From: Squalus acanthias
Taxonomy: Eukaryota
Length of the DNA stretch: 64,000 nucleotides
Assembly: GCA_030390025.1 (NCBI GenBank)
Contig: CM059432.1
Span: 142,230,001 to 142,294,000 of the forward strand
Direction of reading: 5' to 3'
Shown: piece by piece, positions 1-12,884 of the stretch
Position numbering within the stretch: the stretch's first letter is position 1
Layout of the letters: every line of letters starts with the position of its first letter
Notes under the pieces: model-generated
The model's database searches: none
What the model was told of the DNA's origin: nothing
What the model saw: the letters and a program-made list of their open reading frames with translations, nothing else
Program-made: the position numbers and the translations under genes

Positions 1-775
1 CTGGAGAAGTGCGAGGTAATGCATTTGGGGAGGGCTAACAAGGCAAGGGAATACACAATAAATGGTAGGATACTGAGAAGTGCAGAGGATCAGAGGGACC
101 TTGGAGTGCATGTCCACAGATCCCTGAAGGTAGCAGGACAGGTAGATAAGGTGGTTAAGAAGGCATACGGGATACTTGCCTTTATTAGCCGAGGCATAGA
201 ATATAAGAGCAGGGAGGTTGTGCTTGAACTGTATAAAACACTAGTTAGGCCACAGCTAGAGTACTGCGTGCAGTTCTGGTCACCACATTACAGGAAGGAT
301 GTGATTGCACGAGAGAGGGTACAGAGGAGATTTACGAGGATGTTGCCTGGGCTGGGGAATTTTAGCTATGAGGAAAGATTGGATAGGCTGGGGTTGTTTT
401 CTTTGGAACAGAGGAGGCTGAGGGGAGACCTAATTGAGGGGTCTAGATAGAGTGGATAGGAAGGACCTATTTCCCTTAGCAGAGGGTCGATAACCAGGGG
501 CCATAAATTTAAAGTAATTGGTAGGAGGTTTAGAGGGGATTTGAGGAGGAATGTTTTCACCCAGAGGGTGGTGGGGGTCTGGAACTCACTGCCTGAAAGG
601 GTGGTAGAGGCAGAAACCCTCATCACATTTAAAAAGTACTTGGATACGCACTTGAAGTGCCAAAACCTACAAGGCTATGGACCAAGAGCTGGAAAGTGGG
701 ATTAGGGTGGATAGCTCTTTGTCAGCCGGCACGGACAAGATGGGCCAAATGGCCTCCTGTGTCGTAAATTTCTCT
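1..775 (+). mobile_element. CR1 LINE 3' fragment
   Basis: ORF2 C-terminus (QRDLGVHVH..LYKTLVRPQLEYCVQFWSP..RRLRGDLIE) plus 3'UTR. Confidence 0.92.
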
Positions 776-1228
776 GATTCTACATAGTGTTTGTAACCTT
801 TTTATATTCTGCATAAAACTTTGGGGAAAAAATGCACCTCGAGGTAGATCATTGTGACACTTTCTCCAGTCACTCTTTGCCCGATGACAGTGGGAAGAAC
901 CTTTTTCCAGTGGAAGGTGTCCTTCCTGTAATAATAAATTGCAGTAGTTATCCAGAGAATTAAGTTTCATTGAGACTTTCAAATAGCTTATCTTTCTCAA
1001 CGGTTACCGAAAGGACTAATTGTCTCTCTTTCTCTGATTTCCATGAAATCTTAGGGATCATGGAAATCACAGAAGGTGTACCCCCTTGAGCCCAATAATC
1101 TTCTCCTTGTAGTGACCAGAGCTACACACAGTTGGTTGGATGGAGTCTGACCAATGCTTTATATAACCATAATACAACCTCCTTGGATTTGTGGTCTATC
1201 TCTCTCATTTACTGGCTTTTTTTTTCAA

Positions 1229-1750
1229 GGCGAGGGGGGGTTGAAGTGTAGGAGGGCAGGGCGAGGGGGGGTGGAGTGTAGGAGGGCAGGGCGAGGGGGG
1301 GGTGAAGTGAAGGAGGGCAGGGCGAGGGGGGGGGTGAAGTGAAGGAGGGCAGGGCGAGGGGGGGGTGAAGTGTAGGAGGGCAGGGCGAGGGGGGGGGTGA
1401 AGTGAAGGAGGGCAGGGCGAGGGGGGGGGTGAAGTGTAGGAGGGCAGGGCGAGGGGGGGGGTGAAGTGTAGGAGGGCAGGGCGAGGGGGGGGTGAAGTGA
1501 AGGAGGGCAGGGCGAGGGGGGGGTGAAGTGTAGGAGGGCAGGGCGAGGGGGGGGTGAAGTGAAGGAGGGCAGGGCGAGGGGGGGGTGAAGTGTAGGAGGG
1601 CAGGGCGAGGGGGGGGTGAAGTGTAGGAGGGCGGGGCGAGGGGGGGTGGAGTGTAGGAGGGCAGGGCGAGGGGGGGGTGGAAGTGAAGGGGAGGGCGAGG
1701 GGGGAGTGAAGGGGAGGGCGAGGGGGGTTGAAGTGAAGTGAAGGGGAGGT
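1229..1750. repeat. G-rich minisatellite, about 28-30 bp unit (gggcagggcgagGn-tgaagtg[t/a]agga)
   Basis: Tandem units with variable G-run length. Confidence 0.95.
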
Positions 1751-1895
1751 GGAGGGTTTGCGGGGGGGCTGAAGAGGGAAGGTAGACGAGGTTTCTCAGT
1801 ATATCAGTAGTACCTTTTTCGGAGCAAGTTGAAAATGTGAGAATTCCCATTAAATGCTCATTTTGCTAACAGCAAACTATTGGATTTGATTTTAG

Positions 1896-2046
1896 GTCCA
1901 TTCCACAGTGGAAGAAATCGATGCATTGGACGATGTTGAGAACAGCATGCTTTATTACAACCAAGCAATCATTCTTTACCATCTACGCCAGTACACTGAA
2001 GCTATATCAATTGGGGAAAAACTCTATCAATTCATAGAGCCCTTCG
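1896..2046 (+). CDS. CNOT10: CNOT10 coding exon (first in window; upstream exons outside window)
   Basis: tttag|GTC...TTC G|gtagat; encodes [50 protein letters not shown], matching vertebrate CNOT10 as I recall it. Confidence 0.95.
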
Positions 2047-3002
2047 GTAGATAATTCTTGTTTCACTCTCTCTTTTGAAATGGTTGCATTCTAGTAAATT
2101 ATTCATCTGCATTGTTGCTCCAGTCACAATATTTATGTTTATACCTGATCTGTTCAGCTATATTGTGCGGACAAAAGTTTGTACTGTTTCATGAAAACCT
2201 GACGACTGAGGTGTTTGGGCAATAGGAATGTAGAGGACCGGAAACATCCTAAAATCCCTTTCAAAGTTTTCTCCAGATGATGTCAGCAAGTTGGAATAGT
2301 TGGAGAACTATCCGCTTCCACTGCTTCCCTTGAAAACCCATTCTATACATTCACCACCCTCTGCGTAAAGTCGCTATTTCTAAACTGGCTTTTCACCCCT
2401 ACCCCACCTTCTAAGTTTGCGGTGATGTCCTCTCAAAAAATCAATAACTGTTTAAAGATAATTGACATTCATCTTTTCTGTACCTGTCCTTTAGGATCTT
2501 GAACAGGGTTTATCGTGAGCCCTCTCTTTGCTTGTTTAAACAGTCCCAGCTTCTCTGGCGCTTAATCTCAGCCATCGGATGGGTTGCCCCTCGTGGCACC
2601 CTCTCCAATGGTTAGATATCAGTTCTCGCAATAGGTGACCACAGTATACCAGGTGGGGCCAGACCAGAGATCTTTACATACCCTGCGATTTGTGCTCTCT
2701 TCCTCAACCTATAGAACCCCAAATCCTATTTGCTATCCATCAGTTATCCCCAGATCACTTTCTTGTAATACCATTTAGCTTACATTATCCCTTTATTATC
2801 CTTTCCCAACCATATGACTTTGCATTTGTCCACATTAAATGGCACCCACCGCTTGTCAGTCCAGCTCCCCAATCTTTATATGATCAGGCGGTCCCAGGTT
2901 GTTGGCAGTCCCTGCCAGTTTGCTATCATTTGGAGAGTTTTATTTCTGAATGTGTATAGAGAGCAGTACAAGAGAAAGGATGAGGATAAATGGGGGATTC
3001 CA

Positions 3003-4207
3003 TAGAATCATAGAAAGTTACAGCACGGAAGGAGGCCATTTCAGCCCATCGTGTCCGCGCCGGCCAGCAAAGAGCTATCCAGCCTAATCCCACTTCCCAG
3101 CTCTTGGTCCGTAGCCCTGCAGGTTACAGCATCCCAAGTGCACATCCAAGTACTTTTTAAATGTGGTTAGGGTTCCTGCCTCTACCACCCTTTCAGGCAG
3201 TGAGTTCCAGACCCCCACAACCCTCTGGGTGAAGAAATTTCCCCTCAAATCCCCTCTAAACCTTCCACCAATTACTTTAAATCTGTGCCCCCTGGTTTTT
3301 GACCCCTCTGCTAAGGGAAATAGGTCCTTTCTATCCACTTTATCTAGGCCCCTCATAATTTTATACACCTCAATAAGGTCTCCCCTCAGCCTCCTCTGTT
3401 CCAAGGAAAACAAAGCCAGCCTATCCAGTCTTTCCTCATAGCTAAGATTCTCTACTCCTGGCAACATCCTTGTAAATCTCCTCTGTACCCTCTCTAGTGC
3501 AATCACATCTTTCCTGTAATGTGGTGACCAGAACTGCACGCAGTACTCTAGCTGAGGCCTAACTAGTGTTTTATACAGTTGAAGCATAACCCCTCTGCTC
3601 TTGTATTCTGTGCCATGGCTAATAAAGGCAAGCATTCCGTATGCCTTCTTAACCACCTTATCTACCTCGCCTGCTACCTTCAGGGATCTGTGGACATGCA
3701 CTCCAAGGTCCTTTTGTTCCTCTGCATTACTCAGTGTCCTACCATTTAATGTGTATTCCCTTTCCTTGTTAGCCCTCCCCAAATGCATTACCTCACACTT
3801 CTCCAGATTGAATTCCATATGCCACTGTTCTGCCCACTTGACCAATTTATTGATATCTTCCTGCAGTCGACAGCTTCCTTCTTCAGTATCAACCACACAG
3901 CCAATTTTAGTATCATCTGCAAACTTCTTAAATCATACCCCCTATATTCAAGTCTAGATCATTGATATATACCACAAAAAGCAAGGGACCTCGTACTGAG
4001 CCCTGCGGAACCCCACTGGAAACAGCCTTCCAGTCACAAAAACACCCATCAACCATTACTCTCTGCTTCCTGTCTCCGAGCCAGTTTTGAATCCAACTTG
4101 ACACTTTGCCCTGGATCCCATCGGCTTTTAACTTCGTGACCAGTCTGCCATGTGGAACCTTATCAAAAGCCTTGCTAAAGTCCATATACACTACATCAAA
4201 TGCACCA
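3003..4207 (-). mobile_element. CR1 LINE 3' fragment
   Basis: RT motifs DFSKAFDKVPH, GVPQGSV; ORF 3084-3896; 3' tail repeat. Confidence 0.93.
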
Positions 4208-4609
4208 TACAGTCAAATTTATTTAAAAAAAAACCTCTCCTAGGTCATGAATTTCCTGCACACCATTATTATTGAGATAGGATGGGGAACTGAGTTTCAT
4301 AGTGCTGTACATTGGTGTTCCACTAATGCTGCCCGACTCTCCTTGTGGACTATACAGAAAATGTTTACAGTGAGCGATGTAAACTTAAAATAATTGATTT
4401 GAGCTGATCTGACTTAACGCTACTTTTATAAGTTAACTCAGCTATGTAAACCTTACTTTCTGCGGTCGGTACTGTAAAACCTGGCTACCACTAAAGCATG
4501 ATGTGACTGACAAAGCTGTACCTATCAGTTTGGGCTTGAGGTGCTTGATGCTTCGATCACTAAAATCTGATTTTTTTTGTTTTTGTTTCTGTCCCCAATC
4601 TTTAAGCAG

Positions 4610-4752
4610 AAGAGAAATTTGCGCAGGCTTTGTGTTTCTTGCTTGTTGACCTTTATCTATTGACGTACCAGCCTGAGAAAGCTTTGCTGCTGCTTGCAGT
4701 TCTGGAGAAAATGCTTTTGCAAGGAAACAACAAAAATGGCAAGTCCAACGAG
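4610..4752 (+). CDS. CNOT10: CNOT10 coding exon
   Basis: cag|AA GAG AAA TTT...GAG|gtcagt; (E)[47 protein letters not shown]; phase fits previous exon; tandem acceptor makes start +/-3 nt uncertain. Confidence 0.93.
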
Positions 4753-4760
4753 GTCAGTAT

Positions 4761-5229
4761 TGACTGATTCCTGGGATGAGGGGACTGTCCTTTGAGGAGA
4801 GATTGAGTAAACTAGGTCTATATTCCTTAGAGTTTAGAAGAATGAGAGGTGATCTCATTGAAACATATAAAATTCTTAAGGGGCTTGACAGGGTAGATGC
4901 TGGGAGGATGTTCCCCCTGGCTGGGGAGTCTAGAACCAGGGGGCACAGTCTCAGGATAAGGGGTCGGCCATTTTGGACTGAGATGAGGAGAAATTTCTTC
5001 ACTCAGAGGGTTGTGAATCTTTGGAATTCTCTACCCCAGAGGGCTGTGGAAGCTCAGTCGTTGAGTATATTCAAGACAGAGATTGATAGATTTTTGGATA
5101 CTAAGGGAATCAAGGGATATGGGGGTAGTGCAGGAAAGTGGAGATGAGGTAGAAGATCAGCCATGATCTTATTGAATTGCGGAGTAGGCTCGAAGGGCCG
5201 AATGGCCTACTCTTATTTCTTATGTTCTT
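4761..5229 (+). mobile_element. CR1 LINE 3' fragment directly after a splice donor
   Basis: ORF 4776-5147 LGLYSLEFRRMRGDLIETYK...FFTQRVVNLWNSLP. Confidence 0.92.
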
Positions 5230-5340
5230 AGTATATCTAAACTGTTTGGAATTTTGACAGTAACTTGCTGCAGAGAGGTAAGCACCAAGATTTAACGATT
5301 GGAAGGTGTCAAAATGGTGTCGTAAAGCAGGGCGACTCCC

Positions 5341-6063
5341 ATCATAGAATGGTTACAGCACAGAAGGAGGCCATTCGGCCCGTTGAGCCCGTGCCGGCTC
5401 TCTGCAAGAGCCCTTCAGCTAGTCCCACTCCCCCCGCCCTTTCCCCGTAGCCCTGCAATTTTTTTTCCTTCAGGTACTTCTCCAATTCCCTTTTGAAAGG
5501 CCCGATTGAATCTGCCTCCTCCACCCTTTCAGGCAGTGAATTCCAGATCCTAACCACTCGCTGCGTAAAAATGTTTTTCCTCATGTCGCCTTTGGTTCTT
5601 CTGCCAATCACCTTAAATCTGTGTCCTCTGGTTCTCGACCCTTCTGTGAATGGGAACAGTTTCTCTCTATCTACTCTTGTCTAGACCCCTCATGATTTTG
5701 AACACACCTATCAAATCTCCCCTCAACCTTCTCTGCTCTAAGGAGAACAACCCCAGCTTCTCCAGTCTATCCACGTAACTGAAGTCCCTCATCCTTGGAA
5801 TCATTCTTGTAAATCTTTTCTGCACCCTCTCTAAAGCCTTCACATCCTTCCTAAAGTGCGGTGCCCAGAATTGGACGCAATGCTCCAGCTGAGGCCGAAC
5901 CAGTGTTTTATAAAGGTTCATCATAACTTCCTTGCTTTTGTACTCTATGCCTCTATTTATGAAGCCCAGGACCTCGTATGCTTTTTTAACCGCTTTCTCA
6001 ACCTGCCCTGCCACCTTCAATGATTTGTGCACATATACCCCCAGGTCACTCTGTTCATGCACC
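5341..6063 (-). mobile_element. CR1 LINE 3' fragment
   Basis: ORFs 5667-6062 and 5342-5611. Confidence 0.92.
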
Positions 6064-6589
6064 CCTCATGACTCCTGATGAGTGAACTGATCTAGATTAG
6101 TGTTTGACTCCATACCAGGGGTCAGTTGTTTTTTTGGGTCGCAAATGAAATGAAGTTGCTTGACCCGGTAAATCCCCAAACACAGACTGACGCACAGTAT
6201 AACACTCGGTCTTGTTTGGCACAACTGCGTGTTGGGGAAATGGCTTTTCGGTAGGAGTGTGAAACAGAGGTTGCCTCGAGGCTGTGAATTAATGTTATAT
6301 CGTCCATATACAAGATCAGTGCTGTGTCATGAAGGAGTGTGCAGTTCACCTCACCAAATCCTGCTAACTATTAGGGATTTATCCTGGAAACCCCCTCTAT
6401 TGTTTTCACCCATCATTGGTAACCATTTTGTTGGCACAATAGGAGAAGTTTCTTTACTGTTAAACTGTGTGTGAGATTCTTTGTACTTGTGTAATAGTTT
6501 TAAATCTTTTTGAAGTTTGTATGATCTCTGTTTTTGCAAAGTTACTGACTGACTTCCAGTCTCTGAGCATGTTTTACTGCTTTCAGGAC

Positions 6590-7062
6590 TGTCGGTTTGG
6601 GCTTTCTTCCAGTGGGTAGCACACTCACCTCTGAGTCAGGAGGTTGTGGATTCAAGTCCCACTCCAGAGATTGAACACAAAACTCTAGGCTGACACTCCA
6701 GTGCAGTGCTGAGGGAGTGCTGCACTGTCAGAGGTGTCGTCTTTCTGATGAGACGTTAGACTGAGGCCCCGTCTGCTCTCTCAGGTGGACGTAAAAGAAC
6801 CCAAGGCACTATTTCAAAGAAGAGCAGGGGAGTTATCCCCAGTGTCCTGGCCAATATTTATCCTTCAATCAACATCACTAAACAGATTATCTGGTCATTA
6901 TCACATTGCTGTTTGTGGGAGCTTGCTGTGCGCAAATTGGCTGCCGCGTTTCCTACATTATAACAGTGATTACACTTCAGAAATACTTCATTGGTTGTAA
7001 AGCGCTTTGAGACGTCCGGTGGTCGTGAAAAGTGCTACAGAAATGCAAATCTTTCTTTCTTT
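6590..7062 (+). mobile_element. tRNA-derived Deu-domain SINE (SacSINE1-like), full length
   Basis: tRNA-like head with B-box-like gattcaagtcc, Deu core (gatgagacgtt..gaggccccgtctg..gtcctggccaa), L2-like tail. Confidence 0.85.
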
Positions 7063-7254
7063 GACTTGGTTGATTCTCTATTCTGCTGAGTTCATCCTCG
7101 ATTTCACACGTGAAAAGGCTGTTTGCCCCATTAACTCTGTTCCTGCCACAGACTATATACACAGTGCACCCAATTATGGACTCTATCCCATCCATTTAAT
7201 CTCCTGTAGAAATATTCTTCAAACTTTCTCCATTGTTTCCTAAAAGAGGGAACA

Positions 7255-7650
7255 AACTTCACAGCCAATGAGGTACAATGAAGTGCAGTCACTGTTGAAA
7301 AGTAGGCAAATGCAGCAGCCAATTTGCACACACCAAGCTCCCACAAACAGCAGTGAGATAAACAGCCAGACACACTTCTGGTGATGTTGGTTGAGGGATT
7401 AATATTGGCCAGGACACTGGGGATAACTCCCCTGCTCCTCTTTGAAATAGTGCCATGGGATCTTTTACATCCACCTGAGAGGGCAGACGGGGCCTCGGTT
7501 TAACGTCTCATCCGATAGACAGCACTTCCGACATTGCCGCACTCGCTCAGTACTGGGAGCGTCAGCCTAGATTTTGTGCTCGAGTCCCTGGACTTGAACC
7601 CACGATGAACTGACTCGGGTGAGTGTGCTACCCACTGAGCCACGGCTGAC
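7255..7650 (-). mobile_element. Deu-type SINE
   Basis: Reverse complement of the same consensus. Confidence 0.85.
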
Positions 7651-8082
7651 CCCTCCAAGGTGAGACCAAAAGCAATAGTTTCTCCTCCGCTCCTGAAGAA
7701 AAAATGAAACCAAACTCTAGATTTCTTAATTAAATCTTGCATCTTAAAGGATTGACCCCTGATTGGTTGTGCTCAGGATGTCTATCTCCACCTTAAATGT
7801 ATTTAATGACCCAGCCTCCACGGCTCTCTGGGGCAGAGAATACCACAGATTTACAACCCTCAGAGAAAATATTCCTCCTCATCTCAGTTCTAAAAGCGCG
7901 ACCCTTTATTCTGAAACTATGCCCCCTCTCTCTCTCACACACACACACTCTCTCACACACTCCTCTCTCTCTCACATATCTAATGATTTGTTGTATCTAT
8001 CACTGCATTGTAAGAAAAATAACCATAGCCAGCATGACTATTCCCACAAACATCGACATAACATCATCACTGACTCCAACCC

Positions 8083-8540
8083 CACCAACAACTTGCATTT
8101 ATATAGCGCCTTTACATAGTAAAACGTCCCAAGGCGCTTCACAGGAGCGATTATCGAACAAAATTTGACACCGAGCCACATAAGGTGATATTGGGGCAGA
8201 CGACCAAAAGCTTGATTGCAGAGGTAGGTTTTAAGGAGTGTCTTAAAGGATGGGAGCGGTTTAGGGAGGGAATATCCAGAGCCTAGGGCCCAGGCTGCTG
8301 AAGGCGCGGCCGCCAATGGTGGAGCGATTGAAAATTGGAGATGCTCAAGATGCCAGAATTGAAGGAGCGCAGAGAATCTCGGAGGGTTGTAGAACTGGAG
8401 GAGGTTACAGAGATGGGGAGGGGCGAGGCCATGGAGGGATTTGCAAATGAGGATGAGAATTTTAAAATCAAGGCATTGCTAGACCGGGAGCCGATGTAGG
8501 TCAGCGAGCCCAGGGGTGATGGGTGAACGGGACTTGGGAC
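8083..8540 (-). mobile_element. L2-clade LINE 3' fragment
   Basis: PITP.LADLH.L.V..L.FKIL-type C-terminus; tail aaggcgctatataaatgcaagttgttg. Confidence 0.85.
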
Positions 8541-9187
8541 CAGATGCTGACAGGTGGCCAAGGACAATCTGAGAGTGCATGGCATGATCTCAAAGTTCTA
8601 TGCCTACTTCAGCCACGCAACTCGATTTAAGAAATCTGATATACGAGGAATTCTTTGGCTTACCTAAACCTGCCATTCAATTTATGAGGAGATCCATTTA
8701 TGGAGGCATGCACCACAGAAGCCTGGACTTGACTGCTGAGTGTAAGACCACAGCCTGCACACTACATTCAAATTTTAATTCTGCTGCCTGAGGGTCAAGG
8801 TTTATGTAGTTGACTTTTCCTTTTACCTTTTCTCCACAAACAACACCCCAGCTTGTCAACTTTTATCATCCAAAACTCTGCTCTGCCCATATCCTAACTC
8901 GCATCAAGTCCCACTCACCCATCACCCTCTGTGCTCGCTGACCTACATTGGCTCCTGGTCCGGCCACGCCTCAATTTTAAAATTCTCCTCCTCGTTTTCA
9001 GATCCCTCACTGGCTTCACATCCTGGTTTTTTAAATCCCTCCTTGAATATATTCCAAGAAGATTTGATTGTGGTGTGGGGAGAAGCTAATTAAGTCTTAT
9101 CCATAAACGCGTGTTCATTAAGCTTACGGTATACAGCTGTGTAAAATTGTTATACTAAAGTCACTTCTCGCTGTCATTTGGACAAAG

Positions 9188-9262
9188 GCTTACAAAGATG
9201 CCACTAATCAGAAGGTCGATGCTGGAGTTATGGTGGAAGCAACAAAGTCCAAAATTCATCAG
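9188..9262 (+). CDS. CNOT10: CNOT10 coding exon
   Basis: aag|GCT TAC...CAT CAG|gtatgt; AYKDATNQKVDAGVMVEATKSKIHQ; 75 nt, phase 0/0; acceptor weaker than the others. Confidence 0.85.
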
Positions 9263-10059
9263 GTATGTGGATAATTTATGTCCACTGGGTCTTGGTTCTC
9301 CTTAGAGCAGAGAAGGTTATGGGGAGATTTAATACAGGTTTTAAGTTATAAGGGTTCTGATGGCGTAAATTAGGAGAAACTGTTTCCACTGGCAGGAGGG
9401 TCGATAACCAGAGGACACAGATTTAAGGTGATTGGCAAAAGAACCAGAGTGAAGATGAGAATTTTTTTTTTTACGCAGTGAGCTATGATCTGGAATGCAC
9501 TGCCTGAAAGGGCGGTGGAAGCAGATTCAATAGTAACATTCAAAAGGGAATTGGATAAATACTTGAAAAGGGAAAAAAATGAGTGGGGCAGGCATGATGG
9601 TAAGATTCTATGATTGGAGCCCTTTTATTTTTCATTAGGCAATAATTGTTTAAGTTCAGCCAGTACAAATAGACCAAGAGCTGGTTAGCAACTTTGACTG
9701 TGCAAATGGAATTTCTCTCAAATATTTATATCAACAACTGATGAAAAGTTGTCGTGCAAATGCCATGTGCATGCTTCACTGACATGGGTAGAAGTATCTA
9801 GTTTTGTTTTTCAAACGTATAATTTTTTCCCTCTTTTCCCCCAACCTGAACTAAAAGACCATAATAATAATAAATTGATAGAGGAGACCGTGGGGAGGGG
9901 GAGTACATAACAAAATATATGGTCAGGAAAAGCACAAAATATTAAAACTTTAGATATAAATGGATTGCACGGTATTTGCAATGGTCAATTTTTTTGATCT
10001 TTCTGATGGTGTAAATGTTCTTGTCCTCCCGATGTGACTTGTCCATGTTTTGTTTGCAG

Positions 10060-10143
10060 TGTAAAGTGCGAGCTTACGTCCAGATGAAATCTTTGAAAGC
10101 CTGTAAACGGGAAATCAAATCTGTTATGAATACCGCTGGAAAT
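10060..10143 (+). CDS. CNOT10: CNOT10 coding exon
   Basis: tgcag|TGT...AAT|gtaagt; [28 protein letters not shown]. Confidence 0.95.
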
Positions 10144-11094
10144 GTAAGTAAACTGCATAAAAGTTATGCTCCTATATAAATCAGAACTAAATGTTAAGAA
10201 TCTTTTGCTCGCGCACTCTCCCTCTCCTCCACCCTCCCCATCGCCACCTTCTGATATTAATCTCGTGTATCGTGGTTCTGGGCTTTGTGGCAATCTTGAA
10301 GCACAGAATCTTACCGCACAGAAGGAGGCCATTTGGCCCATCGTGCTCTTTGAAAGAACTATCCAATTAGTCCCACTCCCCCTGCTCTTTCCTCATAGCT
10401 CTATAAAAGTTTCCTTTTCAAGTCTGTATCCAATTCCCTTTTGAAAGTTATTAATGAATCTGCTTCCACCACACTTTCAAGCAGTGCATTCCAGATCATA
10501 ACCACTCGCTGCGTTAAAAATCTCCTCATCTCCCCTCTGGTTCTTCAAATCTGTGTCCTCTGGTTAGCAACCTACCCTCCAGTAGAAACCTTTCTCTGCT
10601 CAACACAGCTTACTCCTATGGTACCTGGAAGATACTAATATAATGTAACATATTAAACATACGGAGTTCAACGCATCTATTCCCTGAAGAAACTTTAATA
10701 CTTGGAAGACTATCGCCTGAGTCCTCATCTCCAGAGTAATCAGTCCCTCTTATCTCAAGATGACTTAAGTTAACTGTCAGTTTGTTCGCCCTTATCTGCA
10801 CTTTTCCAATACCTGGATATCCTTGCTGGAGTACACAGTGCTCCAGATGTGGCTGTAAAAGTGCCTGGTACAGGCTCGATATCACCTCCTGGGACTTGTG
10901 CCCCATCAGTCTGGATGTACATATCAATTTAAAACCTGCTACTGGGTCACGGCCAGGAGCACAGTAACAGCACCTGTTTGGGAGTGGGTGGGGCGAGGGT
11001 TGTCATTGTCAACTATTAATTTCTCCTCCCTTGGCTCAGTGTGTTTTCCTCGCATGTCTGTGAAGTGCCGTGGTAATTTTTTCTGTGTCAAAAA

Positions 11095-11523
11095 AGAAAG
11101 ACTTGCATTTCTATAGCGCCCAAAGTGTTTTACAGCCAATGACTTACTTTTGAAGTGTAGACACTGTTGTAATGTAGGGAAATGCGGCAGAGAGTTTGCC
11201 GACAGCAAGGTCCCACAAACGGCAGTGAGATAACCATCAGATAATCTGTTTTTAGTTATGTTATTTGAGGGATAAATGTTGCCCAGGACACCAGGGAGAA
11301 CTTCCCCCCTCGCTCTTCTTCAAAATAGTACCATGGAATCTTTTACATCCACCTGAGGGGGCAGACGGGTCCTCGGTTTAACGTCTCATCTGAAAGACGA
11401 CACTTATGACAGTACTGCACTGGGAGTGTTGGCCTGGATTTTGTGCTCAAGTGTCTGGAGTGGGACTTGTACCCATGACCTTCTGACTCAGGCGAGACTG
11501 CGACCACTGAGCCACGGCTGACA
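11095..11523 (-). mobile_element. Deu-type SINE
   Basis: Same consensus. Confidence 0.85.
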
Positions 11524-11789
11524 CTAAATGAATGGTACTATTAAAAACACAATTTGTTTGCGGATTTGTGGGTTATAATCATTCATCCTTACGTGCGTGA
11601 TAATTGAAGGGCAATGTCTAGATTTTCATTATAAAGCTAGTAGTTTGTGTAATGGGATTATCATTTCATTCAGGTGATTTTTGTTTTTCTTCTATAAATG
11701 GACTTTGATTTCTCAGTTTTTTATATATAAGCGTTACCTGTGAATGTGTGTGGGTATCTATAAACTATTTACTATGCCTTTTTATGCAG

Positions 11790-11907
11790 TCTGCTCCCTC
11801 CCTGTTTCTCAAGAGCAATTTTGAGTATTTAAGGGGGAATTATCGAAAAGCAGTGAAACTGCTGAACAGTGCAAACATCACAGATCATCCTGGATTCCTC
11901 AGCACAG
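11790..11907 (+). CDS. CNOT10: CNOT10 coding exon
   Basis: tgcag|TCT...ACA G|gtagga; [39 protein letters not shown]. Confidence 0.95.
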
Positions 11908-12884
11908 GTAGGAATCCAAAGAACTGCTGTGTTTTACTATTTACTGTAGATGATTAATCGAGGCAAGTGTGGGTAGATATTTTGCCTTGATCAGTTTATC
12001 AGTAAATTGAAGTCCCAGTAATCATGCGTTTAGCTTGGGTGGGGAAAAATCCTCTTGTTCCTTATCTGTATTTAAATCTTTGTGTCTAGCCAATTTTCTT
12101 CAAATCGTTTTTTCCTGTTCACTTTCTTTCATAAGATTTTCTGTCTAGTGTGTGAATTTTTGTATTTTTATTATAGAAAGGTTAGTGCTCTAATCCTAGC
12201 TGCCGTCATCTTCTGAAAGAAGGGGATTTCGGTCTGATCTGCCAAGTACCAGCTGTTTGAGTGGGGTTTACCCTCTCTTCCCCCCCCCCCCCCCCCCCCC
12301 CCCGCCCCCAACTTCCAATTCAGTACAATTGAATTTATTCAGGTCTAGCAGAACTAATTTTTGCCTTCCAATTTATCTGTAATGCAAAAAGAACAGGAGA
12401 ATGACTTTGTTCTTTCCGCATAATACACTTAATCATTCAACATCGCTAAACACTAGATAGGAGTTTTTTTTAAGGATCCCAGGCTCGGTACATAGTGCTA
12501 TTGTGATTCCATTGCATGACCCTCTTCTGATGGCCATTTGTGTCCTGGCCAACATTTGTTACTCATCCACATAGGAACAATCCTCTCATTGGTTCCTCAT
12601 CGGTATTTGTGACTTTTTGTCTAGACACATTTGAAACATTGAAAGAATTATCCCATTTACGTCCAGTCCTGTCTCTAAAATTTGCATGAGCTGTACATCC
12701 TCACTTGATTTGATGATGACACCCTCCAGTGGCTATCAGTTAACACATTCATCTCGCTGCGCACATTTCACAGCTCTCGCCTGTGGTACACACCCTCTTT
12801 TTAATTCATAGAATGGTACAGCACAGAAGGAGGCCATTTGGCCCTTCGCGCCTGTGCCGGCTCTTCTGAAAGAGCTCTCCAATT

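Noticed and set aside
1209..1850. 213-aa proline-rich ORF
   Set aside because: Translation of the G-rich minisatellite
4498..4570. Possible intronic C/D box snoRNA (atgatgt...ctga)
   Set aside because: Imperfect C box, no clear terminal stem or guide
6074..6100. CTGATGA hammerhead-like word
   Set aside because: No stem II, GAAA or stem I partner nearby
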